A DNA stretch of 64,000 nt, taken from an uncultured bacterium. Its GTDB lineage: Bacteria; Patescibacteriota; Saccharimonadia; UBA4664. Location: positions 200,704-264,703 of the forward strand of contig CAVRET010000002.1 in the NCBI GenBank assembly GCA_963720265.1. The letters run 5' to 3'. Of the stretch, positions 31,204 through 39,771 are shown in pieces (the stretch's first letter is position 1; each line of letters starts with the position of its first letter). A model generated the notes under the pieces. The model made no database searches and had not been told where the DNA came from. It saw nothing but the letters and a program-made list of their open reading frames with translations. Both the position numbers and the translations under genes were made by a program.

Positions 31204-31787
31204 ATGGCTACCCGGCCTATCACTCACAACCAAGATCTCACGTTTACCGCCACGCTCCATGGCCAGGAGCTGGCGTTTCTTCGACCTGGGGCCTATTTAG
31301 CCCCAAAGGCGTTGACGAAGGCACCCGGCTGCTGGCAAATCACCTAGAAGTAGCACCCAACGCCATAGCCCTCGATCTCGGCTGCGGCTACGGCCCGTTA
31401 GGCCTCACCATCGCCAAGCTCGCGCCTGAAGGGCAAGTGCATATGGTTGACAAAGACTTCGTGGCTGTCGAATACGCGGCCAAGAATGCCGAGCTCAACC
31501 ATCTTGCAAACACCAAAACCTACCTCTCAAACGGCTTCTCGCATGTCCCGGTTGAGCTCAAATTCGATCTCATCGCCTCCAACCTCCCGGCCAAGATCTC
31601 CGGCGAACTCCTCGAGATTTTCTTGTCCGACGCTCACGCGCGCCTCAAACCTAGCGGCCGGCTCTACGTCGTAACCATTTCCGGCCTCAAAGATTACATC
31701 AAGCGCCACCTCACCACTACCTTCGGTAATTACGATAAACTCGCCCAATCCAAAACCTACACCACGGCATGTGCTCAGAAAAATTAA
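31204..31787 (+). pseudogene. Class I SAM methyltransferase (MTS/RsmC-like small domain) interrupted by a frameshift near 31291-31293.
   Basis: Frame 1 from the ATG at 31204 gives ...LTFTATLHGQELAFLRPGAY. Frame 0 continues FSPKGVDEGTRLLANHL...LDLGCGYGPLG...DLIASNLP. Removing 2 nt restores the consensus RPGVFSP. The 318-aa track ORF (30831..31787) is this gene plus an alternate-frame read-through of the rpsT tail. Confidence 0.55.
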
Positions 31788-32015
31788 AAACCGACAGCAA
31801 GTCACAAGCAGCCAAAAAAGAAAGGGCGGCCGTTACTCTGGGTAGAGATAACGACCGCGGGGTCAAGCAGAAGCTGGAAGCTTCCGCATGAATGTGTAAT
31901 TCCGGCATAACGCTAGAAGTACAACGATGAAGGGGGTGGGAAGGGACTGGCATCGCGGCGTAAAGAGAAATCGCTTTGAGATGCCTATCGGTCGGGTACG
32001 CTTGGGCGAAACCTT

Positions 32016-32087
32016 GGTGTCGCGCCGAATGGTTTGCGCATGGGCAAATTCATCGGTGTCGCGCCAAGTGGTTCGCGTTATGGCAAA
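32016..32087. repeat. Two 33-nt imperfect direct repeats spaced 39 nt apart (GGTGTCGCGCCGAATGGTTTGCGCATGGGCAAA / GGTGTCGCGCCAAGTGGTTCGCGTTATGGCAAA) in the 500-bp intergenic region upstream of the TrmB-like gene.
   Basis: Direct comparison of the two copies. Confidence 0.7.
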
Positions 32088-32296
32088 GCCGGGGCCGATC
32101 GGGCTCCATGCGCGCTACGGGTGACACCCTGCCGCGATGGTGGTCCGGTTCCCGGGTTTTTCTTCCCTTGTCTGGGTGCTGGCGAGGTGCGACCTCGCTA
32201 CATTCATTGTGTCAGGCCATAAATTTTTTGGAACAGCAAATGGCATCATTTTATTGACAAAGATCGTACCCAAAAATAAACAATGGAGCGAGTATA

Positions 32297-33058
32297 ATGA
32301 CATACATGAACAACCGTACGGCACTCCGGCAACTCGGTCTCACTACGACCGAGGCCGCTATTTATGAAGCGCTCCTCGTAAGCGGTTCCACTTCGATCCG
32401 CTCGCTCGCTGATGCCGCCGGCATCAACCGCGGTACCACCTATGACACACTCAAGCATTTGGCCGAGATCGGCCTGGTCGCGCACGTGCGCAAAGGCGAG
32501 CGCAACAAGTACCACGCCGAGTCGCCGGAGCGCCTGCGCGGACTCCTCGACGACCGCCGCCGCTCATTGCAACAAGCCGAAGGCACGGCCAGGGACCTCA
32601 TTCCCAGCCTGCTCGCCCTTGGCGGCCTCCGCGGCGACGAGCCCAAAGCTCGTTTTTACGAAGATGACGACGGCATTGTGCTCATCCTGCGCGACGTCTT
32701 AAAAACCGCAGCCCTACTCCACCCTCGCGAGTACTACGCCTACTCCTCCCGCGCGCTACGCAAGTACCTCTACCGCCGCTTCCCTAATTTCACCCGCCGG
32801 CGAATTCAGGAAGACATTTTTGTGAAAGTTATTGCTGCCGGCGCCGGTGGTGAGCCGGATGCCAAATCCGAGCGGCGTTGGATCGCCGAGCCTGGTGCCG
32901 CCGGGCTTTCGAGCTACATCTTAATTTATGGCCCCAAAGTCGCGCTCATCTCAGTCGCGGCCGACGAAACGCCTTATGGTGTTGTCATCGAGGAGACCGG
33001 CGTTGCTGCTATGCAAAAACTCTTATTCGACACTCTATGGTCCCATCTGAAGGCGTAG
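32297..33058 (+). CDS. TrmB-family transcriptional regulator (the likely leaderless start is the ATG at 32306).
   Basis: N-terminal wHTH LGLTTTEAAIYEALLVSGSTSIRSLADAAGINRGTTYDTLKHLAEIGLV. TATAAT at 32293-32298 lies 7 nt upstream of the 32306 ATG. Confidence 0.65.
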   Translation: MTYMNNRTALRQLGLTTTEAAIYEALLVSGSTSIRSLADAAGINRGTTYDTLKHLAEIGLVAHVRKGERNKYHAESPERLRGLLDDRRRSLQQAEGTARDLIPSLLALGGLRGDEPKARFYEDDDGIVLILRDVLKTAALLHPREYYAYSSRALRKYLYRRFPNFTRRRIQEDIFVKVIAAGAGGEPDAKSERRWIAEPGAAGLSSYILIYGPKVALISVAADETPYGVVIEETGVAAMQKLLFDTLWSHLKA

Positions 33059-33067
33059 AATAGAGCC

Positions 33068-33280
33068 ATGCCAAAATCACCGCCTGATCCCTTGCGCGCC
33101 CGTCTGTTTGACCTCACGGCCGACATTGAGCGGCACACGGCCGGTTTACGCGATTTCGCAGTCGTACCCGGCAACGCCTGGCTGGCTAAATCCGAGCATC
33201 AGGCGCTTATGAACCTGCTCGCCGATCTCGAAACCTTACTCGAAGACATTAAACAAGCCGACGTCGAGGCCGGTTACTAA
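33068..33280 (+). CDS. Small hypothetical protein (70 aa).
   Basis: It follows the TrmB-like gene after 9 nt and has a weak SD. Confidence 0.3.
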   Translation: MPKSPPDPLRARLFDLTADIERHTAGLRDFAVVPGNAWLAKSEHQALMNLLADLETLLEDIKQADVEAGY

Positions 33281-33315
33281 TGAAGGAATTGACGCCATCA
33301 CCTTTGGTGGGCTAG

Positions 33316-34248
33316 TTAAAAAAGCGCGGCCACCTGCCAGATGAGTTGCTCCACCGCCGCTTCGGCCGGTTTGCGACCGGTTTTAATATTGAATTCGCAC
33401 TCTGTCGCCAATGTATAAGCACCCGTAAGCGCAGGCTCGGTCACGCGGCCGCGCATTGCCGCCATTTTACTTGCCACAAACGGGCTCATGCCCGCCGTCT
33501 GCGCCAGTTCCGCTGGGCTCATCCCGGCCGGTGCGGTTTTCGCCAACAGCAAATTACGCAGCTGCCATTGGATCATGGTGAGCACATAGATTTCACTTTG
33601 CTTTTGCGCCAGCAGCCCGCGGTATTGCGTCATTGCCGGGCTGCTTCGGCCATCCGTCATCGCTTCCACCAGATCAAAGATCGACCGCTCCACACTCGGC
33701 ATCACCAGGCTGTGCACGTTCGCGACACTCACAGTTGGGTCAAAATTCACAAGCTTCTGAATCTCTTCGCCTAAACGCCACTGATCCTCACCGGCGAGAT
33801 CAACCAGCTCGCGCGCCGCCGCCGCATCCAAGGTACCACCCAGCCGCCCGGCCTCAGCCCGCAGCCAAGCCAATAATTTCGAACCGGTGAGCTGGTCAAA
33901 CTTCACTACCTTGTCCGCGGTTTTAAGCGCCTTAAAGCCGGCCGTGCGCTGGTCCACTTCCCGCTCCACAAATACCGCCACGGTAGAGCTCGGTACCTTG
34001 GCCAACAACCCGCCCAACTTTCCGGCCACCGCCTTATTAGCCGCCGCACCCTCGATAATCACGAGCCGGCTCGACGCCAAAAACGGTACTGCCTCCAAGG
34101 TAGCTGTCAGCTCCTGTGCGTTTGTTGCCGCCCCATCGAGCCGCACCAACTCCAAATCCGACCCGGCCTTAGCCACGTACGCCTGCATCATTTGTGCCAC
34201 CTGCTGCCTCAGCGCGTACGCATTCTGTCCGTAAAAAAACAGCGTCAT
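33316..34248 (-). CDS. holA: DNA polymerase III delta subunit.
   Basis: N-terminal LFFYGQNAY motif and overall length/architecture of HolA. Confidence 0.65.
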   Translation of the reverse strand: MTLFFYGQNAYALRQQVAQMMQAYVAKAGSDLELVRLDGAATNAQELTATLEAVPFLASSRLVIIEGAAANKAVAGKLGGLLAKVPSSTVAVFVEREVDQRTAGFKALKTADKVVKFDQLTGSKLLAWLRAEAGRLGGTLDAAAARELVDLAGEDQWRLGEEIQKLVNFDPTVSVANVHSLVMPSVERSIFDLVEAMTDGRSSPAMTQYRGLLAQKQSEIYVLTMIQWQLRNLLLAKTAPAGMSPAELAQTAGMSPFVASKMAAMRGRVTEPALTGAYTLATECEFNIKTGRKPAEAAVEQLIWQVAALF

Positions 34249-34259
34249 AACCGACGGCC

Positions 34260-34760
34260 TCAGACCTGAGTTAGCCGTTTGAATTGGTCATAATCAAACT
34301 TCACCGTCGGGTTGGAGGCCGCAAGCGTAATGTAAATCTCCGGCTTGAACTCAGGCCGGTTAACGGCAGCTATCACAAACCCTGATAGCGGTAGGCTAAA
34401 ATGTGCCGTGTTGGGCGGTATCACTACACCGTCGCCCGGTACTACCATATGTTCCTCGCCTCCGACAAATACCCTCCCGGACCCGACAAGACCAATGTAA
34501 AACTCCCAGTTGTCCGGTGGGTGGTAATGCGGCTCAGCGTAGGCTAACCCCCGCATATCGGCGATTGCCAAGCTCTCATTTGGCCGGCCGGAGTGAACGT
34601 CTAGCTCATATAACACACCGCAGCCCGTATGCTTTGGGCTCACGTCTGCGACCAGCATCTGCCAATCGCGGATATTACTACAATACGCCCGCCAAGCTGA
34701 CAGGAGTTCTTGGATATCTGCTGATTGCATTGCCATCATAGTTCTATTCCAAGATAGCAC
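34260..34760 (-). CDS. Cupin-domain protein.
   Basis: Cupin motifs HYHPPDNWEFYIGLVGSG and PPNTAHF. Confidence 0.6.
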   Translation of the reverse strand: MLSWNRTMMAMQSADIQELLSAWRAYCSNIRDWQMLVADVSPKHTGCGVLYELDVHSGRPNESLAIADMRGLAYAEPHYHPPDNWEFYIGLVGSGRVFVGGEEHMVVPGDGVVIPPNTAHFSLPLSGFVIAAVNRPEFKPEIYITLAASNPTVKFDYDQFKRLTQV

Positions 34761-35619
34761 GGCGGCGTGTCCGGCCCGGTAGTATTTGGCATTTCGGGCA
34801 AATGTGTGTACCTCGCCCGACCACCCTCAACTTCTCAATCAGCACATCCGGGTGCACCCGACACGGCTGGCCTTCGCACCGAAACACTCGCGCGATCGAC
34901 AAATAGTCGCCTTTCCCGCCAAGTGCGTTCACATAATGCGCGAAACTCGTACCCCCGTGCTCCATGCCCAGCGCCATAATTTCGCGCAAAGCCACAAACA
35001 GCCGCTTTACCTCCGCCGGTTTCAAGCTGCCCGCAAGCCGCGCCGGGTGCAATCGCGCCAGGTTGAGCGACTCATCTGCATAAATGTTGCCGATACCGGC
35101 CACCACCGCCTGGTCCAAGATCACCGCTTTCACCGGAGCTCGGGCGTGCCGTTCCAGTTGCGCCGCCAGGTACTTTACGGTAAATGCATCACCCAGCACC
35201 TCCGGCCCCATGCGCGCCACCAAGCCATCCAGCTCTACCTCGCCAGTCGGCACCACCTTAATCCAGCCAAATTTGCGCTGGTCGTTAAAAAATAGCCTGT
35301 CACTACTTGCAAACGTAAATGTCATTCGCGTCGAGCGATCCGGCAAGCCGGCGGCCATACTGTCGGTAGGATGTCCGCCGGCCAGCCGCTCGCCATCCGC
35401 TTGCACCAACACCATTTGCCCCGTCATCTTGAGGTGAAATAGCATTGAAAAGCCATTATTCAAATCCCACACCAGCACTTTGCCACGTCTTCGTACTCGC
35501 GCAACACCTGCGCCCACAATCCGGTTTCCGTCCATGCCGTCCACCTGCACAATCGTTTGCCCGACCAGATGCTGCGCCAGCCCTAATCGAATTGTCTCTA
35601 CCTCCGGTCCTTCTGGCAT
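34744..35619 (-). CDS. mutM: Formamidopyrimidine-DNA glycosylase (Fpg/MutM); start at MPEGPEVE.
   Basis: N-terminal PEGPEVE catalytic motif, an H2TH domain, and a C-terminal zinc finger C-x2-C-x16-C-x2-C. Confidence 0.85.
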   Translation of the reverse strand: MPEGPEVETIRLGLAQHLVGQTIVQVDGMDGNRIVGAGVARVRRRGKVLVWDLNNGFSMLFHLKMTGQMVLVQADGERLAGGHPTDSMAAGLPDRSTRMTFTFASSDRLFFNDQRKFGWIKVVPTGEVELDGLVARMGPEVLGDAFTVKYLAAQLERHARAPVKAVILDQAVVAGIGNIYADESLNLARLHPARLAGSLKPAEVKRLFVALREIMALGMEHGGTSFAHYVNALGGKGDYLSIARVFRCEGQPCRVHPDVLIEKLRVVGRGTHICPKCQILPGRTRRRAILE

Positions 35620-35732
35620 ACAAATGTAGTTTAAAGGATTACTACTGGCCACGAACCTTCCAAAATATACAAAAATATGGTACAGTAGAGAAGTCCAAGT
35701 GAGCTCAAGTGACGATCTTCGCGGGGTGAAAC

Positions 35733-36008
35733 ATGAGCCCGCCTCCTGATTCGAGACATAGTCCAGAGGTCGCAAAAGCGATCCGCCAGCACCGAGTAGT
35801 CAACAACCTGATCCCCACCGCCATTTCGGCAATCGGGCTGAACATAATTCTATGGATACTGACTGCCAACTGGCACACGACACTCTGGGTGATTGTCTCA
35901 AGCTGTTTTACCGTGATGTCAGTCGGCTTCATTAGTATCACGTTGCGCATCTCCAAGAGAGCCTCTCGAGTGGTCCCTGCGTATAGGGCGTTCGATGACG
36001 CAAACTGA
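35733..36008 (+). CDS. Small hypothetical membrane protein (2 transmembrane helices).
   Basis: It has hydrophobic helices and a GGGTG-like SD. The overlapping minus-strand ORF 35705..36055 is Cys/Arg-rich and judged less likely. Confidence 0.3.
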   Translation: MSPPPDSRHSPEVAKAIRQHRVVNNLIPTAISAIGLNIILWILTANWHTTLWVIVSSCFTVMSVGFISITLRISKRASRVVPAYRAFDDAN

Positions 36009-36185
36009 TGACGCGAACACCGTAGCCGACAATGCAACACCGAACGACGGCCCAACAGCCGCCGGCCCTCTCAAGCGCCGGCGGCTTGCCATGTTAATCC
36101 GCTCAAGCTGGAGATTCGCCTAAAGCCTCTCCACTACCCGTCCACTACACTAAGAAACCGTAAGTAAGGTAAAGGAGGAGCTATC

Positions 36186-36434
36186 ATGGCCGAGAACCAC
36201 CCGCGCGCAAACGAAATTACAAAATCCTTAAAAGGCGTTGATTACCCGGCGACAGGAGCGGAACTGCGTCAGCACGCTGAGGACAGCCAATTCGCCGCCG
36301 ACGTCAAAGGCTTCTTTGAGCACATCCCGAGCGACAAAGAGTACGTCAGCCCGGTTGAAGTCGAGAAAGACTATGGCAAATACGCCTCTGGCGAGCAAAT
36401 TGAGATGATGGACGACCTCGATAAAGCCGCCTAG
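36186..36434 (+). CDS. DUF2795-family protein.
   Basis: Perfect SD AAAGGAGG; LKGVDYPATGAELRQHAED matches the DUF2795 signature; followed by an intrinsic terminator. Confidence 0.7.
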   Translation: MAENHPRANEITKSLKGVDYPATGAELRQHAEDSQFAADVKGFFEHIPSDKEYVSPVEVEKDYGKYASGEQIEMMDDLDKAA

Positions 36435-36445
36435 CTGGGGAAAAG

Positions 36446-36468
36446 CGGCCCTCCGGGGCCGTTTTTTT
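36446..36468. terminator. Intrinsic terminator (CGGCCC-uccg-GGGCCG followed by T7) shared by the convergent DUF2795 gene and polA.
   Basis: Hairpin followed by a T-run on the + strand and an A-run/hairpin/U-rich stretch on the minus strand. Confidence 0.7.
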
Positions 36469-36469
36469 A

Positions 36470-39241
36470 TTACAGCTCGCCCCAGTTTTTACCCACGGCC
36501 GTGTCCACTACCAACGGCACACCAAGGTCAATCACACCGCCCATCGTTTCCTCGAGCAGCTTGGCCACGGCCGTGCCTTTAGCCTCCGGCGCTTCCACGA
36601 TCAGCTCATCGTGAATCTGTAGCAATAGCCCGCAATCATCGTCCAGCTTGCGATCAACTGCAATCATGGCCAGTTTGTAGATCTCGGCTGCAGCACCCTG
36701 CAGCGGCAGGTTAATCACCACCCGCTCAGTTGCACTCCGTATCTGGTAATTGGTCGACCGGATTTCCGGAAACGCGTGCCGCCGGCCAAATATCGTCTCA
36801 ATGTACAAATTGTCATAAGCAAACTTCTTCAGGTCGTCTAGGTATGTCCGCACCTTGGGTCGCGCCATAAAGTAGCGGTCAATAAACTCTTGCGCCTGTT
36901 CCATCGGCATACCGGTGGCGACACTCAGCCCATGTGGGCTCATGCCATACAGCACACCAAAATTAATGGTCTTAGCCGCCGCCCGCTGCTCTTTTGTTAC
37001 CGCGTCCAGTGGCACTTCAAAGAGTTCCGCCGCCGTCTGCGCATGCAGATCAAGTCCCTGTTTAAATGTCTCGATCATATTCTCGTCACCACTCAAGGCT
37101 GCCGCCACCCGCAGTTCGATCTGCGAATAATCCCCGCTCACCAACACCCGGCCCTTGGGTGCCACAAAACACGTGCGGATTTCACGCCCCATCTCGGTCC
37201 GGACCGGAATATTCATGAGATTGGGCTTGCTTGAGCTCAGTCGCCCAGATGGCACAATCACCTGGCTAAAACTCGTATGCACGCGCCCATCCGGCCCGAC
37301 CTGGCCCGGCAGGGCATCTGCGTATGTATTTTTGAGCTTATCAAGCTCGCGGTATTCCATGATGAGACCAACAATCGGGTGAGCATCGCGCAGTTTCTCC
37401 AGCTCCCCGGCCGCTGTCGACCAGCCGGTCTTGCCCTTCTTCACGCCAGCCGTGGTAAGTCCCAGCCGACCATACAAAATTTGCCCCAATTGCGCCGGAC
37501 TACCCAAATTAAATTCTTCGCCTGCCAGCTCGTAAATCTGGCTTTTGAGCTCACCAATCCGGCCGCTCAATCGCCGTCCAAATTTCTCAAGTGCGGCCGT
37601 ATCCAGCTCAATCCCGCGCAGCTCCATATCGCCGAGTACCGGAATCAGCGGCCATTCCACTTCGGTTGCCAGCCGCTCCATGCTCCAGCCGTAGGCGTTT
37701 GGAGTACTAAACTCTGCCAACTGCCCACGCAAACGCTCGTACAGTCGCCAGGCCATATCGGCGTCCTCAGCTGCATAGGTTGTAGCGTGCTCGATCAGTG
37801 TTTTATCAAACGTGGTTTCGTGTTTACCCGCACCGATCAGCTCAGAAATCGGAATCATTTCAATGCCCAGCTCGTGAAACGCCAAACCATCAAGCGATTG
37901 CGCCCGGCCGAGCGAGTTGAGCAAAAACGCCGCCACCATGGTATCAAACACAATCCCGCGCACGTGCACCCCACACTGGGCCAGCACTTCGTAGTCAAAC
38001 TTCAGATTGTGCCCGACTTTACCAATCGCCTTATTCTCGAACACGGGCCGCAAAGCTCTCACCACCTCGTCATGCGCTAGCTGAGTCCCCTGGACATGCC
38101 CCACCGGCACGTAGAACGCCTCGCCTTCGTGAAAGCTCACGCTTAAGCCCACGAGCTTAGCCGTCATAGTGTCTACGCCGGTTGTCTCAGTGTCAAACGC
38201 AAACACCTCTTGTCGGTTCAAGCTCTCCACCAGCTTTTCCAGCTCAGCCGGTGTTGTCACCGACCGATAGTTGGCGCCTGCCAAATGTGTCCGCTCTTTC
38301 TTAACCGCCGCTTCACCATCGCCAAACAACGTCGGCGCCCCAGCCGGCTGTGCCTCTGTCGCCGCCGGCGCGCCCGGTAGTCTTGCAAGCAACCCGTGCC
38401 GGAAGTCCAGTCGCCGGAACAGGTCGTCAAGCTCATCGCGCCGGTATTGCCCAATTCGTGCCGCATCCAGGTCCAACTCCAAGTCCATATCGCACTTAAT
38501 CACGCTCAATGCTCGGCTCATATAAGCCATGTCCTTGCCGACCCGCAGCTTCTCTCCTACGCTCCCGCTAATCTCGTCGACATGCTCATAAATGCCGTCG
38601 AGCGTCTTGTATTCAGCCAGCAGCTTCTGCGCACCCTTATCGCCGATCCCAGATACGCCCGGAATGTTGTCGCTCGTATCACCCACCAGCGCTTTGTAAT
38701 CAATAAATTGCGCCGGCGTCAGCCCGTACTTTTCGCGCATTTTCGCCAGGTCATAGCGCGTCGGCTCCATGCCCCGCGGATTAAACATGTCCACCACCGT
38801 CTTCTGGTCCACCAGCTGCAGCTGGTCGCGGTCGCCGGTCGCGATCACAATGTTCAAATCTCCGCGTGCTTCAGCCTTGCGCGCAAGCGTACCAATAATA
38901 TCATCGGCCTCGTAGTTCTCCGCCTCAACAAACGGCAATCCCAGAGCGCGCACCAGTTCCTTCGTTGGCTCGATCTGCACTCTCAGCTCGTCATCCATCT
39001 TTTTGCGCGTCGCCTTGTAGCCCGCGTACATTTCATTGCGAAACGTCTTGGCCGACTTGTCCCAGGCCACAATCACATAATCCGGCTTCAGGCTCTCCAG
39101 CACCTTAACCATAATCGTGAGAAACCCATACACCGCGTTCGTCGGCTCACCGTCTTTATTGGAAAGGTGCGGAATCGCATGGTACCCGCGGTGAAACACC
39201 GCCGACCCGTCTACCAACACCAACAGTGGTTGCTTGCTCAT
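36470..39241 (-). CDS. polA: DNA polymerase I (5'-3' exonuclease, 3'-5' exonuclease and polymerase domains).
   Basis: 923 aa. N-terminal exonuclease motifs, and the polymerase motifs RRAAKTINFGVLYG and HDELIVE. Confidence 0.95.
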   Translation of the reverse strand: MSKQPLLVLVDGSAVFHRGYHAIPHLSNKDGEPTNAVYGFLTIMVKVLESLKPDYVIVAWDKSAKTFRNEMYAGYKATRKKMDDELRVQIEPTKELVRALGLPFVEAENYEADDIIGTLARKAEARGDLNIVIATGDRDQLQLVDQKTVVDMFNPRGMEPTRYDLAKMREKYGLTPAQFIDYKALVGDTSDNIPGVSGIGDKGAQKLLAEYKTLDGIYEHVDEISGSVGEKLRVGKDMAYMSRALSVIKCDMDLELDLDAARIGQYRRDELDDLFRRLDFRHGLLARLPGAPAATEAQPAGAPTLFGDGEAAVKKERTHLAGANYRSVTTPAELEKLVESLNRQEVFAFDTETTGVDTMTAKLVGLSVSFHEGEAFYVPVGHVQGTQLAHDEVVRALRPVFENKAIGKVGHNLKFDYEVLAQCGVHVRGIVFDTMVAAFLLNSLGRAQSLDGLAFHELGIEMIPISELIGAGKHETTFDKTLIEHATTYAAEDADMAWRLYERLRGQLAEFSTPNAYGWSMERLATEVEWPLIPVLGDMELRGIELDTAALEKFGRRLSGRIGELKSQIYELAGEEFNLGSPAQLGQILYGRLGLTTAGVKKGKTGWSTAAGELEKLRDAHPIVGLIMEYRELDKLKNTYADALPGQVGPDGRVHTSFSQVIVPSGRLSSSKPNLMNIPVRTEMGREIRTCFVAPKGRVLVSGDYSQIELRVAAALSGDENMIETFKQGLDLHAQTAAELFEVPLDAVTKEQRAAAKTINFGVLYGMSPHGLSVATGMPMEQAQEFIDRYFMARPKVRTYLDDLKKFAYDNLYIETIFGRRHAFPEIRSTNYQIRSATERVVINLPLQGAAAEIYKLAMIAVDRKLDDDCGLLLQIHDELIVEAPEAKGTAVAKLLEETMGGVIDLGVPLVVDTAVGKNWGEL

Positions 39242-39285
39242 ATATCTTATTGTAGCTCATTTAAGCGTATTATTTCGTAAAAATA

Positions 39286-39314
39286 TTGACAAATGTTTAA
39301 AGCTGTGCTAATAT
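39286..39314 (+). promoter_or_regulatory. Consensus sigma-70-type promoter: TTGACA, a 17-nt spacer, TAATAT.
   Basis: TTGACA at 39286-39291, spacer of exactly 17 nt, TAATAT at 39309-39314. It is divergent from polA (which has TACAAT 7 nt before its ATG). Confidence 0.6.
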
Positions 39315-39320
39315 GTATTA

Positions 39321-39717
39321 ATCCCGTTGCGAGGCGCCACACTTCGAGGCAATCCAGTCTCGAGTGAACGCAATCGGAGCGCCGAGCCCTGTATTTTGGG
39401 GCGATGAGTCTGCACTCGTTTCTTCGGCCGCATAGCGACCAAGAGTCACGCAGTGCAAGGAAGTTCACAAAGCCGGGCATAACGCGCGCTGCGCGGTCCG
39501 CACCCTTTACTGAGGCGTAGTCCTCCCGATGACCGGCCCGTTTCGCATTCTGCGGACGGTTCTGCCGGATGGTTGTCCATGTTCCTTTCGTTCATGTGGG
39601 CACTCGACGCCCCTCGTTTCACCCCCCCCACACAGCTGGGGACCGTGTCGCGCGTGCGACACGGTCCCCAGCGACACCCAACTTGCACGATCCCCCAGCC
39701 AACGGCTGGTATTTTTT
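39321..39717 (+). ncRNA. Candidate non-coding structured RNA of about 400 nt, class unknown, bounded by a consensus promoter and an intrinsic terminator.
   Basis: No ORF has an RBS. It contains a 16-bp perfect hairpin (39636-39671), other stems, and a terminator CCAGCC-aac-GGCTGG followed by TATTTTTT (39695-39717). No RNase P, tmRNA or SRP signature motifs were found. Confidence 0.4.
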
Positions 39718-39771
39718 GCCCTTACGAAGCTCATAGCCAATACCGTCAATCCGCAGTAAAACGCCTCTTAT

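Noticed and set aside
30831-31787. 318-aa track ORF with a Pro/Lys/Arg-rich N-terminus of about 125 aa.
   Set aside because: Its first 125 codons are the rpsT Lys/Ala tail read in another frame. The real methyltransferase begins at the ATG at 31204 in a third frame and joins this frame through a 2-nt frameshift.
35705-36055. 116-aa minus-strand ORF between fpg and the DUF2795 gene.
   Set aside because: It is Cys/Arg-rich with no RBS. The overlapping + strand 91-aa ORF, with two transmembrane helices and an SD-like GGGGTG, is marginally more plausible, but both are weak.
39321-39717. The orphan transcript as RNase P RNA, tmRNA, SRP RNA or 6C RNA.
   Set aside because: No P4/CR-I/CR-IV RNase P motifs are present, there is no tRNA-like T-arm (GGUUCGAAUCC) or tag-peptide frame, there is no SRP domain-IV GGAAGCAGC motif, and the hairpin loops are not C-rich. 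The class remains unknown.
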